Shown here in pieces: positions 63,063-64,000 of a stretch of DNA of 64,000 bases (position 1 is the stretch's first letter; each line of letters begins with the position of its first letter). The notes under the pieces are model-generated. The model worked only from the letters and a program-made list of their open reading frames with translations, made no database searches and was not told where the DNA came from. The translations under genes were made by a program, and so were the position numbers. Source of the stretch: Octopus bimaculoides. Lineage: Eukaryota. The stretch covers positions 24,530,030 to 24,594,029 of the forward strand of contig NC_068983.1 of NCBI RefSeq assembly GCF_001194135.2, in the 5' to 3' direction.

Positions 63063-63948
63063 TATAAATAATAACCTTTCTAATGAGAGAAGAACAGAGC
63101 TCGCACATAAATGGTCATACCTTTTTAGACAATCAAGAAATTTCGCAAGCTTGTGTGTCAATTCTCTTAGAAAACCATCGATCTGTGAACTCTTTAAATC
63201 TGACATTATTAAAGGAAATATCAAGTAGTTTGGCATTTTCAAAGTGCTGCCTGGCTATCTCTTAAAATGTCAGAAGAAGACCTTCTCAACGCCTTACGTG
63301 TGATAATGATAAAAACCATTCCACTATTGGTGAAGCTTAATATTGAGCAATTATGTTTCTCAGAATCACTCTATTTGACTACAAGGCTGAAGAACTGTCT
63401 GAAATTGAAAATGTGTGATTGCTCTTTCACCACTATCTCTCTTTATTTACCTGTCAATACACATCCATAGAAACACGCACACTCACACACTGTTAACAAT
63501 CATTTATATATAATCAGAATTGGACTGCTGCTTAGTCAAGCTGTCTTTAAAAGCTAGCTTATAGATCAATAGCAACTCAAAACATATTGACTGCTAGTTT
63601 ACTTTTATAAAGTTTTATTTCACATTTAATTTTAGTAAATACACACACACATACAATTAGAGACAGACATATAATAGCTTAAAACCTGCCCAACATAAGA
63701 GAAAATTAAGTAGAAATAGAAGTTCTCATTCCATTCCTTGAATACTTGTATAACATAAACCTTGTTAATGAAACATCAATGATTTATTATTTTTTTTTAT
63801 TGCACATGCATTTTAGTGTGTACATGTTTGTGCATGTGTGTGTATGTATGTGTGTGTTCATACATATCTGTGTGTGACTGTTTAGCTTCTATGTACATGT
63901 ATTTAAATATCAGCATATATCATCATCATCATCATTTAATGTCCGTGC

Positions 63949-64000
<52 letters not shown>

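Overview
Eukaryotic, AT-rich, repeat-dense genomic DNA with 13 N-gaps (2517-2610, 3856-4123, 16898-16938, 22882-23098, 28217-29099, 33596-34490, 42106-42565, 46979-47575, 55838-56209, 58618-59019, 60547-60556, 60859-60938, 61975-62018). The repeat landscape (tRNA-headed SINEs with internal TA/TG microsatellites, RTE and Dong/R4 LINEs, very dense simple repeats) suggests an octopus/coleoid cephalopod draft assembly; this is inference. Almost all supplied ORFs are artefacts of microsatellites, N-runs or TE relics. The only well-supported host coding sequence is one 123-nt, phase 0/0 exon on + (40541-40663). It encodes the start of an RRM (TKKVFVGGLP...FFSKYGK, Musashi/DAZAP1/hnRNP A-D-like), so much of the window is probably intron of a large RNA-binding-protein gene. 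The rest is several SINE families, RTE, Dong/R4, L1/Tx1 and CR1/L2-group LINE fragments, a DD37D maT and a mariner relic, a hAT-type MITE, and Helentron-type (HINE-like) elements. The most notable hidden signal is five different type-I hammerhead-ribozyme-like motifs with short, (quasi-)palindromic stem III, the form known from Penelope-like elements: 7670-7733(-), 34733-34792(-), 48826-48910(-), 59207-59250(+) and 59800-59862(+). One sits in a Penelope-like direct-plus-inverted terminal structure. Another lies downstream of a tRNA-type B-box and upstream of a 9-mer tandem tail. A second theme is microsatellite-linked retroelement stacking: head-to-tail SINE arrays joined by trinucleotide repeats, with Dong-type elements inserted antiparallel. 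Repeat boundaries are read by eye and approximate; family names are from recalled consensus features, not database searches.
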